In this document: positions 38,611 through 47,732 of the stretch, one piece after another
Layout: the number at the start of each line of letters is the position of its first letter
Numbering within the stretch: the stretch's first letter is position 1
Virus record (IMG/VR): IMGVR_UViG_3300036781_000418
Location: 278,592-342,591 of that record
Length of the DNA stretch: 64,000 nt
Direction: 5' to 3' (one strand)
Translations under genes and position numbers: made by a program
Notes under the pieces: generated by a model
What the model saw: only the letters and a program-made list of their open reading frames with translations
Told to the model about the DNA's origin: nothing
Databases searched by the model: none

Positions 38611-39113
38611 TGCCGTCCCTTAACGCCTTTAGAAACTTGGACAAGATCGTCCGTCTGGCGATCATCAACCGATGCGTCGCCCGTAAGTACGCCTTTTTGA
38701 AGACCAACTCCCTCGTGCGATCAGACTCCACCCAGTTCCTCGAGTTCGTGAAAGGTAAGGTGCTTCTCATCGGCGACCGGCCGGCGCCCTCAGCCCCCGA
38801 CGACCCTGAGTTCCACTACACCCCGTTCGCGGCCCTGTGGAACTCCAGCCTGTGGCTGAACTTGAAGCTCCACGAAGCGGGCGTCGATGAGGCCAACCTA
38901 CGGTGGATCAACTCGGCCGAGAAGAACGGCACGCCCACGAACTATGGCATCATGCTGGGTGAGTTTTCCAAGGTCATCTGCCTTGGTGGCAACGCCGAGA
39001 AGTGGCTGTTGAAGACTGGCTGGGGCAAGGCCTACAGCCGGGTGGACCACCCCGCCTACTGGAAGCGCTTTCATCCGAAGGATGACTACCCGCTGATTGA
39101 GCTCCTTAAATGA
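38610..39113 (+). CDS. Uracil-DNA-glycosylase-superfamily-like protein
   Basis: VLLIGDRP, PF, WIN, VICLGGNA, HPAY motif order. Confidence 0.55.
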   Translation: MPSLNAFRNLDKIVRLAIINRCVARKYAFLKTNSLVRSDSTQFLEFVKGKVLLIGDRPAPSAPDDPEFHYTPFAALWNSSLWLNLKLHEAGVDEANLRWINSAEKNGTPTNYGIMLGEFSKVICLGGNAEKWLLKTGWGKAYSRVDHPAYWKRFHPKDDYPLIELLK

Positions 39114-39436
39114 CGCCCAAGCTCCTCGCTCGTCACATCAAGATCGACAAGTGGGGCACTAAGGCGTACGTGACTGGGGACGGTCGGGTGTTCAAGCGGG
39201 TATTGGGCAGCGCACATGATGTCGTTCAAGTTGGTAAACCGTGCTGGTTGATCCACCACCTTGGCCTACACCACGGTGAAGTCTGGCGCTACGAGCTCTA
39301 TGAGGTGATCATTGATTGCTGGGACGCCGAGTTGCCGGAGTTACCACGCACATGGTACCGCAAAGGCCGGTTCTTGGTGTACGAAGACCCAAACTTCAGG
39401 TTACCAGTACTCGCCAACGTCATACAATCAAGGTGA
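39110..39436 (+). CDS. Hypothetical protein
   Basis: Coupled ORF. Confidence 0.45.
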   Translation: MTPKLLARHIKIDKWGTKAYVTGDGRVFKRVLGSAHDVVQVGKPCWLIHHLGLHHGEVWRYELYEVIIDCWDAELPELPRTWYRKGRFLVYEDPNFRLPVLANVIQSR

Positions 39437-39453
39437 ATCATACAGGAGACACC

Positions 39454-40101
39454 GTGAAGTTCACGCGCCCCACCATCGTCCTCATCACCGCCCCGACCTG
39501 TTCGGGCAAGACCCACCTGCTTGAACACCTCATAAAGGAGGGCCTGTTTGCACGAGTGGTTGGTACCACGACGCGACCACGGCGCCAAGGTGAGGTGGAC
39601 GGCGAGACCTACCAGTTCGTCTCCAAAGACGAGTTTAGTTACATGGCTGACCATGGCAAGTTCACGCAGACGGTCACGTTCAGCGGCAACTCCTACGGTG
39701 TGACCACGGCGGCGTTGGACAAGGCTGCTGAAACTGGACTGGCGCCCGCCATTATCGTCGAACCAACTGGCATCGGCCAGTACCGCCAATTTGCGTACAG
39801 CAGTGGAATGTGGGACGTTTTCCAGATCTACGTTTCCACTGAGCAGAAAGTCTGCCTGCAGCGGTTGAACCAGCGGACGCTGGCCGACCTTGACAAGGCG
39901 CTCAACGCTGTGGAACGCACCAAGCTCATGGAAGTCCACACCACCCGCACCAAGTCGATTCTGCAGGATGAAGCTGGTTGGCAGGCCAAGTCAACGTGGA
40001 ACGTCATCGCACCTGGAGACGACATTGAAGGCGCCGTGCTGATGATCAAGGCGGGCATTTACCAGCAGAACCGCAGGGTCTTGGACGGAACGCTCGTATG
40101 A
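39454..40101 (+). CDS. Guanylate kinase-like protein
   Basis: APTCSGKT, TTTRPRRQGEVDGETYQFVS, GNSYG; GTG start with AGGAG. Confidence 0.85.
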   Translation: MKFTRPTIVLITAPTCSGKTHLLEHLIKEGLFARVVGTTTRPRRQGEVDGETYQFVSKDEFSYMADHGKFTQTVTFSGNSYGVTTAALDKAAETGLAPAIIVEPTGIGQYRQFAYSSGMWDVFQIYVSTEQKVCLQRLNQRTLADLDKALNAVERTKLMEVHTTRTKSILQDEAGWQAKSTWNVIAPGDDIEGAVLMIKAGIYQQNRRVLDGTLV

Positions 40102-40589
40102 TCTACATGCTGAAGCCGCCCACGGCGATCAACCTCATGCGGATCAACCGTCGCACGGTGTTTCTGGCGGGCTCAATCGAGATGGGTAAGGCCGTCGATT
40201 GGCAGACCGTCGTTACCCGTGCACTCCTGGACTCTGGCATTGATGAGGACGTGCTGGTGCTAAACCCGCGTCGTGATGACTGGGACTCGACGTGGACGCA
40301 GGCTGAGTCCAACCCGCAGTTCAATGAGCAGGTCACGTGGGAGCTCAACGGCCTCGACGCAAGTCAGGCCGTGTTCTTCTACTTTCAGCCAGGCACGGTC
40401 TCGCCGATCAGCCTGCTTGAGCTCGGACTAATGCTCAACTCAGAACACGATCCGGCCATGTTCATCGTCTGTCCTGAAGGCTACGCTCGAAAGGGCAACG
40501 TGGACATCACCGCGCACCGAACCGGACACGCGGTCTACGGCTCGCTCGAGGGCGGTATCGCCGCGCTCGTCTCCTGGCTCAAGGACTAA
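40098..40589 (+). CDS. Nucleoside 2-deoxyribosyltransferase-like protein
   Basis: VFLAGSIEMG..DWQ, LNPRRDDWD, QVTWEL, SPISLLELGL, RKGNV. Confidence 0.85.
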   Translation: MIYMLKPPTAINLMRINRRTVFLAGSIEMGKAVDWQTVVTRALLDSGIDEDVLVLNPRRDDWDSTWTQAESNPQFNEQVTWELNGLDASQAVFFYFQPGTVSPISLLELGLMLNSEHDPAMFIVCPEGYARKGNVDITAHRTGHAVYGSLEGGIAALVSWLKD

Positions 40590-40675
40590 CCCGAGCAGGT
40601 GCCGGGTTCAGCCTACACGCGTAGGCACGGACGTGTTATGATGGTGCTACGTGTATACTGGTAGGGAGAACCCGT

Positions 40676-40999
40676 ATGAGAGCATGGAAGGGCTGGTTAG
40701 CCCACATCAGCTGGCACCACAAGACTAGCATGACCGTCCGGCAACTGCGCAAGGACAAACAGGAGTTGCTCAAGCTCGCCGATCGGTGCAGCAAAGTCCT
40801 GAGACCGCTCTCCGTGAGCGTGCACGCTGGCGTGCTTCGACTCAACATCACTGGTCATGACAGCTTCAACGACATCATGGCCAAGTACAAGGAGGAGCTC
40901 GCCCTCGCCAGGTCACTGGCGGACGCCATGATCACGAACGACCGTGAGCTTGTCCGAAACGAACAACTTCTCCGCATTCCATATCGGATCTTCTCATGA
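40676..40999 (+). CDS. Hypothetical protein
   Basis: GGGAG RBS; -10-like boxes upstream. Confidence 0.5.
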   Translation: MRAWKGWLAHISWHHKTSMTVRQLRKDKQELLKLADRCSKVLRPLSVSVHAGVLRLNITGHDSFNDIMAKYKEELALARSLADAMITNDRELVRNEQLLRIPYRIFS

Positions 41000-41346
41000 C
41001 GATTGCCAACTCACTCAAGGCCGCCAAGCAGTACTTGGCTGACTCCCACGACTCAGCTAAGACGCGACTCATCTGTCACGCCCTTCAAAAAGCCGTGAAC
41101 ATGGGCGTCATCACCTACAACGACTGTAGTGAGGCTTCCAAGTTCATCATCCGCACGCTTCGAGCCGACGGCTTTCGTGACAAGGCTGGTTTCCAAGTGC
41201 ACACGGTCGAAGGCTGGTTGCGCGCTCAGAAGCTGATCAGTGACGAGTGGGTGAACAAATCGTACAACTACTCGAATGAGCTGCTCACGGAGATTCAGCT
41301 CTACCGCCACCGCTGGGTTGACCAGCTTATCATGGAGCTCTCATGA
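40996..41346 (+). CDS. Hypothetical protein
   Basis: ATGA-coupled. Confidence 0.55.
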   Translation: MTIANSLKAAKQYLADSHDSAKTRLICHALQKAVNMGVITYNDCSEASKFIIRTLRADGFRDKAGFQVHTVEGWLRAQKLISDEWVNKSYNYSNELLTEIQLYRHRWVDQLIMELS

Positions 41347-41777
41347 GCAAGCACAAGTTCGAAGATGCGGAGCTGTCCGAACTGCAGGTGATGTTCCGTG
41401 AGGACCTCAAGGTCAAGCGCAACCGGATCGACAAGGCCAAGAAGGAGTACAAGCGACTCCGTGCCACGTGTCAACACGTCATCTCGCCCAAGATGACGGA
41501 GGAGCTCAAGGCCCTGCTGAACTCCGACAACAAGAAGGACTGGACCGAACAGTGGAAGTACGACGCCGCTGTCTGCGACATCTGTGAGGTGCACTTTGGG
41601 TTCCGCTGCACCAAATCTCCGGATACTGTGTGTCACTACGAGTTGAAGGACCACACGGTGACCCTTGTCAACGGCCAGCCCTTCGAGCTCAGTGATGCGC
41701 AGAAGGAGAACTTTGAACCTGACTACCATAATGAAGACAGCTGTGTCTTCTGCTGGAGTCCACGGGAGCGCAAATGA
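41343..41777 (+). CDS. Cys-rich (Zn-binding) hypothetical protein
   Basis: CDIC, C.KSPD.VCHY, CVFC. Confidence 0.6.
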   Translation: MSKHKFEDAELSELQVMFREDLKVKRNRIDKAKKEYKRLRATCQHVISPKMTEELKALLNSDNKKDWTEQWKYDAAVCDICEVHFGFRCTKSPDTVCHYELKDHTVTLVNGQPFELSDAQKENFEPDYHNEDSCVFCWSPRERK

Positions 41778-42124
41778 AAACGCCAAACTTTCCAAAGTTG
41801 CTCAAGGATGTCCGACGCGTCGTCTTGCAGGAAGCCGCCAAGGGTAGCCGAGGCATATGGCTCAGCCACATCGTGATGAAGGTGACACCGTTTAACGACC
41901 GCCGACACCACTACTTCAGTGACTCGCAGACGACGTCTCGAGCGCCGAAGAAACTCCGAGGCCTCGTGCAGCGGGCATTATCCTTGCTCGCGGTCCAAGG
42001 GATGATGTTCACGCGACAGCGCCCTGAGGCAAACGTCCAGTCATATGAGCATTGGGAAACGGACAAGGGGTTTAGCATTCGGATCTCACAGGAAGAAGCG
42101 ATAAGACAGTTGTCCAAGATGTAA
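41774..42124 (+). CDS. Hypothetical protein
   Basis: ATGA-coupled. Confidence 0.45.
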   Translation: MKTPNFPKLLKDVRRVVLQEAAKGSRGIWLSHIVMKVTPFNDRRHHYFSDSQTTSRAPKKLRGLVQRALSLLAVQGMMFTRQRPEANVQSYEHWETDKGFSIRISQEEAIRQLSKM

Positions 42125-42126
42125 GT

Positions 42127-42190
42127 TGTAACGGGTCCTTAGGACCCGTTACAGTTTTCTTGTGTACTTTTCCCGGCCAGGATCTAGAAT
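42127..42190 (+). promoter_or_regulatory. Terminator hairpin followed by early-type promoter
   Basis: TGTAACGGGTCC-TTA-GGACCCGTTACA-GTTTT, then GTGTAC-17 nt-TAGAAT. Confidence 0.55.
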
Positions 42191-42196
42191 AGCACC

Positions 42197-43756
42197 ATGA
42201 ACACCGAAACAACTCCTATCGCAGCTGCAGTCGCTAAGGCCTTCCTGCCTAGCCCGCAGCAACAGGACTTCTTCAACTGGATCGTGAACGGCACTGGTTC
42301 ATGTATCCTCGAAGCGGTTGCCGGAGCCGGCAAGACGACCACCCTGATCGAAGGCGTCAAGCTGATGACTGGTCGGATCTTCGTCGGAGCGTTCTCCTCC
42401 GACATCAACAAGGAGATCGGCGCTCGACTCGAGAAGAAACCCGGCCTCTTCAACGGCACGATGCACTCCTTCGGCTTCTCATGCCTGCGGAAAGCGTACA
42501 AGAACATCATCGTGGAGGGCGGCAAGCTCAACTCGATCTGGAACGAGACGGTCACGCGTTACCCAGAGTACGTGGCACTTGGTGGCAGCGTCCTCAAGCT
42601 GGTCTCGCTCGCCAAACAGGCCGCGCTCGGTGTAGACACCCGACTGCGTGACCCAAAGCCTTGGCTCGAGCTGATCGACCACTACGACATCGAGACGTTT
42701 AGCCTGTCCGACGACGGTGACGTCGAGAACGACAAGACTGAGCTCCTCATCAAGTTGAGCATGAAGCTCCTTGAGGTTTCGAATTCCCAGATCCACGAAC
42801 GTGTCGACTACGACGACATGGTCTACGGCCCGCTCATCCACAACCTTGACATCTACAAGCACAACTGGGTGCTGGTGGACGAGGCCCAAGACACGAACAA
42901 GGCCCGCCGCTTGCTCGCTCTACGGATGCTCTACCGCAACGGTCGTCTGGTCGCCGTGGGCGACCCCAAGCAGGCGATCTTCGGTTTCACTGGAGCCGAC
43001 GCGGACTCTCTCAACCGGATCGCGGAGGATACCAACGCGATCCGCCTGCCACTCAGCATCACGTACCGCTGCCCGAAGGCCGTGGTCGCCTACGCACAAC
43101 AATGGGTCAGCCACATCCAAGCCGGTGACACCGCTCCTGACGGTATCGTTCGTGACGATGTCATCGAGAACCTCCTGACGGTCGCCCGCCCTGGTGACGT
43201 GGTCCTCTGCCGACTGTCCAAGCACCTGGTCGCGAACGTCTACAACTTCATCAGAGCCGGTATCCCAGCCAAGATTGAAGGTCGCGCAATCGGTGAAGGT
43301 CTCGCGAAGCTGGCCAAGCGTTGGAAGGTCAAGTCCTTCACAGCGCTGCGTGACAAACTGCTCGCCTACAAGGAACGTGAAGTCGCCAAGTACATCGCCA
43401 AGGAAGAAGAATCCAAGGCGGTCATGGTCGAGGACATGGTCTCCTGCCTGATGATCATCGTTGACCGTGTGGAGCAACTCAAGCCCAACACGAAGACTCC
43501 AGTCCAAGACGTGGTGGCCGAGATCGAGCGTCTCTTTGAGAACACCACGGACGAGAACTCCAAGACGAAGTCCGAGAACATCGTCATCTTGTCCACCATC
43601 CACAAGGCCAAGGGTCGTGAATGGCAACGAGTCATCTGGTTGTTCACGGGTCCCTCACCCTGGGCGAAGAAGGAGTGGGAGATGGAGCAGGAAGTCCACC
43701 TCAACTACGTCGCCGCCACACGCTCTAAGTTCGAGCTGGTCATCATCTACGTCTAA
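42197..43756 (+). CDS. UvrD/Rep-like SF1 helicase
   Basis: AVAGAGKTT, TMHS, VDEAQD, VGDPKQAIFGF, TYRC, STIHKAKGRE, YVAATRSK. Confidence 0.92.
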   Translation: MNTETTPIAAAVAKAFLPSPQQQDFFNWIVNGTGSCILEAVAGAGKTTTLIEGVKLMTGRIFVGAFSSDINKEIGARLEKKPGLFNGTMHSFGFSCLRKAYKNIIVEGGKLNSIWNETVTRYPEYVALGGSVLKLVSLAKQAALGVDTRLRDPKPWLELIDHYDIETFSLSDDGDVENDKTELLIKLSMKLLEVSNSQIHERVDYDDMVYGPLIHNLDIYKHNWVLVDEAQDTNKARRLLALRMLYRNGRLVAVGDPKQAIFGFTGADADSLNRIAEDTNAIRLPLSITYRCPKAVVAYAQQWVSHIQAGDTAPDGIVRDDVIENLLTVARPGDVVLCRLSKHLVANVYNFIRAGIPAKIEGRAIGEGLAKLAKRWKVKSFTALRDKLLAYKEREVAKYIAKEEESKAVMVEDMVSCLMIIVDRVEQLKPNTKTPVQDVVAEIERLFENTTDENSKTKSENIVILSTIHKAKGREWQRVIWLFTGPSPWAKKEWEMEQEVHLNYVAATRSKFELVIIYV

Positions 43757-43930
43757 CGAGAACACCATGAGAATCCAAATCGACCCCGACTGCACGCTGG
43801 ATGCGCTGTGGCACGCCGCAAGCAAGGCCGGTTTCCTGCGCGCTGATCCACGCAAGACTTGGACCGAGCATGAAAAGAAAGAAGCGGCCCGCTGGTTTAT
43901 TGAACGACTCGTTGAACAACAGGTGAACAA

Positions 43931-44362
43931 ATGAAAACCAAATTTTCCGAAAAACTCACCTTCATCGGCATGATCGACTGGTTCGATTTCCCGCTGGCCT
44001 CGCACTCGCAGGACCATGGAACCGGTCAGAACTACGTGATGGTCTGGTGCGATGAATATTCCAAGGTGATCGAGGAAATGTCGCTGCCCTTTGTGCAGTG
44101 GATGTCCATCCCCGTCACGCCCGACCAGCTGACGAAGCTGCTGAACGCGGACTACACGCAGGCCATGACGCTCCTTGAGCTCCTTGAAACTGGCGTGACG
44201 TTCTACCTCTGTGAGGGTCAGACGTACATCTACGACTCCATCACCGTGGGCGAGCCGATGACGTTGGCCACCATGCCCAAAGACCTCGTGCCGATGCCTG
44301 GTTCCTACATGGACCTGCGCGCCTCGATCGCGGCGGACAAAGCCAAGGGAGCAATCCAATGA
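43931..44362 (+). CDS. Hypothetical protein
   Basis: 143-aa ORF with RBS. Confidence 0.55.
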   Translation: MKTKFSEKLTFIGMIDWFDFPLASHSQDHGTGQNYVMVWCDEYSKVIEEMSLPFVQWMSIPVTPDQLTKLLNADYTQAMTLLELLETGVTFYLCEGQTYIYDSITVGEPMTLATMPKDLVPMPGSYMDLRASIAADKAKGAIQ

Positions 44363-44556
44363 GCACCATGCCAGCACGTGAGCTGAAGAAGTGGGCGCAG
44401 CAGGAAGTCGCTGAGGCCCTCGTCGAATGGCTCAAGGAACGGATCAAGGACCCGTCCTTCGACTTCGACGATCGTCAAGCCTTGAAGATCCAAGCAATCC
44501 GAGTCGCCGCGTACATGGGCCAGCCGGCGACCGTTGAAAAGTTGGCCAGAGTTTAG
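44359..44556 (+). CDS. Hypothetical protein
   Basis: GGAG RBS, coupled. Confidence 0.5.
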   Translation: MSTMPARELKKWAQQEVAEALVEWLKERIKDPSFDFDDRQALKIQAIRVAAYMGQPATVEKLARV

Positions 44557-44609
44557 TTTTCCATTAACCCTTAACGACGCGAAAGCACATGTCATAGGAG
44601 CACACCATC

Positions 44610-44981
44610 ATGTCAACCCACAAAACCTACCACCTCCCCGTCAAGTTCTCGTGCGAGACCGACGGCAGCGGATTCTGGACACGCAAGACCCGCGTGGTAC
44701 CCATCGCCGAACTGGAGCTGATCGCACACAGCACGGACGACCATGCGCGGTACGGTGAGGTACGGGTTCACTTTGATGAGGGTGCCTGGAACACGAACAC
44801 GGACGGTCTGATCTTCACGGACCGCAACTTCATCAACGAGCTCAAGCTCGAGCTGAAGAAGCTCGGAATGCCGGCCGCCGAGTACCTCTCCTACGGGGAC
44901 AAGTCCGAGCAAGGACTTACGTACGTGCAGCTCGACTGCGACACGGCGTTCATCGCCGAGTTCAAGAAGCTGCTCAAGTGA
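44610..44981 (+). CDS. Conserved phage hypothetical protein
   Basis: AGGAG RBS; TDGSGFW...DGLIFTD...SEQG. Confidence 0.6.
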   Translation: MSTHKTYHLPVKFSCETDGSGFWTRKTRVVPIAELELIAHSTDDHARYGEVRVHFDEGAWNTNTDGLIFTDRNFINELKLELKKLGMPAAEYLSYGDKSEQGLTYVQLDCDTAFIAEFKKLLK

Positions 44982-45084
44982 TACGGCGACACGGTTGAGG
45001 CCGAGAGCATTCTCCGTGCCGAAGCTGATGAGCCATACAGCGACACGAGCCGGGACGCACCAGCGCCCTCTCGTGTCGCTCCGT
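44981..45084. repeat. Cluster of GCGACACG(AG) motif copies (direct and inverted)
   Basis: ATACGGCGACACG at 44981, ATACAGCGACACGAG at 45035, inverted copy at ~45070. Also at 27421, 27499-27520 and 56287. Confidence 0.5.
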
Positions 45085-45170
45085 TTTGAACCCGCACTAT
45101 CTGCCAGCTAATGCCTCCGGCCGAGTGCGAACTGTGGTACATTAACCTGTCTTTAACCTGAGGAGACCTT

Positions 45171-45731
45171 ATGTCCGACCGTAGCCTTCCTTCGTCCAAC
45201 ATGAACTACCGACTCTACTCGTTCGCGATGGGTCACTACATCAAGGAGATTCAGTGGGGGATTCAGACTGCCCATGGTGCCACTCAGATGATTGGTCGCG
45301 CGTTGGCGGCCCACATTGAAAACCCGGTTGACACCGAAGTTTTGGCCAAGTGTCTGCAGCTCGCGGATTGGTCAGTGCCAGGTCGTTCGAATGGCGCGAC
45401 CGTGATCGTGTGCGACGTGATCAACTACCAAGGTCTCCATGACGTCATCGACAACATGAAGCCGTTGGCTGATTTGCTCATGATGCCGTTTGAAATCTTC
45501 AAGGAGGACTTCGCCTCGCTCGGTGGCCTCATCACGAACGTGGCGGTCCTCGTGCCTGACGCACTCTACGACGTGATCGATGTCATCGATACGCTCAACC
45601 CTGGCTGCGACGCCTACGCGCTCAACCCTGAAGTCGCCAAGCGACTGGGTGAACCGGGCGTCACCTACTCGGTTGGCACGCCCGAGCACGCCATGATCAA
45701 GATGTTGAAGTCCTACAAACTCGTCAAGTAA
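45171..45731 (+). CDS. Phage protein, possible PTH2 (peptidyl-tRNA hydrolase 2)-like fold
   Basis: GIQTAH helix, TVIVC strand, FKED..LGGLITNVAVLVP. Confidence 0.4.
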   Translation: MSDRSLPSSNMNYRLYSFAMGHYIKEIQWGIQTAHGATQMIGRALAAHIENPVDTEVLAKCLQLADWSVPGRSNGATVIVCDVINYQGLHDVIDNMKPLADLLMMPFEIFKEDFASLGGLITNVAVLVPDALYDVIDVIDTLNPGCDAYALNPEVAKRLGEPGVTYSVGTPEHAMIKMLKSYKLVK

Positions 45732-45741
45732 GGAGACGATC

Positions 45742-46227
45742 ATGACACGGCCAAGCAATGAAAAGGTCCTCACGCGGATCTTCGCCGCCCTCAAGCAACA
45801 ACAGGAGGCCAACGGCTTTGGGGTGATGTTGGTCTTGGGCGATACTGAGCAGGAGTCGTTCGCCTACACGGTCGGTCTTTACGACGCGTTGGGGTATGAG
45901 TTCATCATGACGGGGGCCGCGACGATGGCCGCCAAGACGGTGTTCAGCTTGATCTGGACAACGGTCAGCAAATCAGATCGTCGTCCAGTCGTCGGCGGTG
46001 CTCGTGACGACATCATGAACCACCCCCTGAACGTGAACCTTCGCTTCTTCGCCGTGCCTGAGGAGTTGGCCTACGAGAACTACACCTTCCAAGTCGAGAA
46101 CTGGCACGATAAACGGGTTCCAATCGTGCAGATCATGGTGCCGGACGACAATGACCGGTTCTTCGACGACGCAGGCTGCAACATTCCGCCTGAGCTTCAC
46201 GTTCGACTGTTCCCTACGTTGAACTGA
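45742..46227 (+). CDS. DUF4262-like protein
   Basis: FAYTVGL...EFIMTG...VQIMVPDDNDRF. Confidence 0.65.
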   Translation: MTRPSNEKVLTRIFAALKQQQEANGFGVMLVLGDTEQESFAYTVGLYDALGYEFIMTGAATMAAKTVFSLIWTTVSKSDRRPVVGGARDDIMNHPLNVNLRFFAVPEELAYENYTFQVENWHDKRVPIVQIMVPDDNDRFFDDAGCNIPPELHVRLFPTLN

Positions 46228-46353
46228 GGCGACACCGGTGCGGCCGAGGGCACACGTTCGTCCTTCGGCATATAGCACCTGATCACGTAGTTCAGGACGC
46301 CTCTGGCCCTTAGTGTTGGTATGATTTGAGTACCATTCACTAAGGGCCTTTTC

Positions 46354-46818
46354 ATGTCCGGATACAACAACCCGATCCCCGTCGTCGTGGCGCTCATCCC
46401 CACGATGACACAACTCATTCCCCTCAACGGCCAACCCAACTTGAAGTTCGGCTACGTGGCCCAAGTCCGCGCGATCGAGCCGGGCCTCGGTGGCGTCTGT
46501 CTGCCCTCGGGCTACATCAACGAGGGTGAGACCGCCGAGATCGCCTGCTCCCGTGAAGTCAAGGAAGAGATGGGGCTTGACATTCCGTCGGAAGAGTGGT
46601 CGACCATCTGCACGCGCATCACCCCGCAGAACCGCCTGCTGATCTTCTTGACGTACGTCGGCGAGACGTACATGCAGATGGACTTCAAGGACCTGCCGCC
46701 GCACGTGCCCAACGACGAGGTCTCGGCCCGCGTGATGGTCGACGAGACCGACGAGCTGGTCTTCCCGCTGCACCAAGAGGTCGTGCGTCTGATCTTGAAC
46801 GCCCTCCACGGCAATTAA
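46354..46818 (+). CDS. NUDIX hydrolase
   Basis: YNNPIPV; LPSGYINEGETAEIACSREVKEEMG. Confidence 0.85.
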   Translation: MSGYNNPIPVVVALIPTMTQLIPLNGQPNLKFGYVAQVRAIEPGLGGVCLPSGYINEGETAEIACSREVKEEMGLDIPSEEWSTICTRITPQNRLLIFLTYVGETYMQMDFKDLPPHVPNDEVSARVMVDETDELVFPLHQEVVRLILNALHGN

Positions 46819-46913
46819 GGTGACCCACGCTGCGGTTCCGGTGAACCGCAGTTTTGTGTGCGCAGGGTTACTGGTCGGTTACAATGGTGGCATCACCGTT
46901 TGATGGAGACCCC

Positions 46914-47729
46914 ATGTCCGAGAAAAGCCAACTAGTCGCCCGCCAGTACTCCATAATGCTGGCCAACGACAACATCACCAAGCAGATCGCCGCCCTGCAG
47001 AACCTCTACAAGGTGTTGGTGGATCCGGTCTACACGGAGATCGTTGACCTCCTTACCAAGGTCGCGCAGACCCAGTACCTGCGCCGCATCATCTTGACGG
47101 GCGTCGGCAAGAACGCCAACATCGCCACCAAGATCGCGGAGACGATGGCCAGCCTCGGCATCCCCGCCTTCTACTTGAACACCGCCCACACGGGGCACGG
47201 TGACTACGGCTTCATCGGCCACAACGACGTGATCGTTCACATCTCCCGTTCGGGCACAACCCGTGAGATGCTCGAGACGGCGGCCCACACCAAGCTAATC
47301 CGCCCAAACGTCAAACAGGTCCTCATCCACTGCAAGCCCACGAAGCCGGTCTGCGAGCACATGGATCTTGAGCTGTGCCTTGGCAAGGTCGAGGAGGGTG
47401 ACGAGCACGGCCTCGCACCGACGACCTCAACCACCGCCTTGCTCTGCGCGTTGGACTGCATCTCAATTCAAGTGTCCCACAACGTCGGCTTCGAGCGGAT
47501 GGACTTCTTGAAGCTGCACCCGGACGGCGCGCTTGGCGACATGCTAAAGGCCGAGACGATGCAGACGCCGAGTAAGTTCAACTCGGACTTGTCGCTTGGC
47601 GAGCTGCCAATGAAGAACCAGGTGGAGTACCTTCAAGCCGTCGACGACAACGTGGAGGCCGACGCGCTCATCATGGCCGTCGGTCGAGCCGCCCTGGACC
47701 TCCCACAACCTGGTATGGAGCACGTGTAA
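46914..47729 (+). CDS. KdsD/GutQ-like arabinose-5-phosphate isomerase (SIS domain)
   Basis: TGVGKN..IATKIAETMASLGIP, HGDYG, ISRSGTTRE, LAPTTST, F.KLHPDGALG. Confidence 0.88.
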   Translation: MSEKSQLVARQYSIMLANDNITKQIAALQNLYKVLVDPVYTEIVDLLTKVAQTQYLRRIILTGVGKNANIATKIAETMASLGIPAFYLNTAHTGHGDYGFIGHNDVIVHISRSGTTREMLETAAHTKLIRPNVKQVLIHCKPTKPVCEHMDLELCLGKVEEGDEHGLAPTTSTTALLCALDCISIQVSHNVGFERMDFLKLHPDGALGDMLKAETMQTPSKFNSDLSLGELPMKNQVEYLQAVDDNVEADALIMAVGRAALDLPQPGMEHV

Positions 47730-47732
47730 ACC

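Noticed and set aside
44981-45170. CRISPR mini-array
   Set aside because: Repeats are only ~13-15 nt, degenerate, irregularly spaced and partly inverted; no cas genes in the window.
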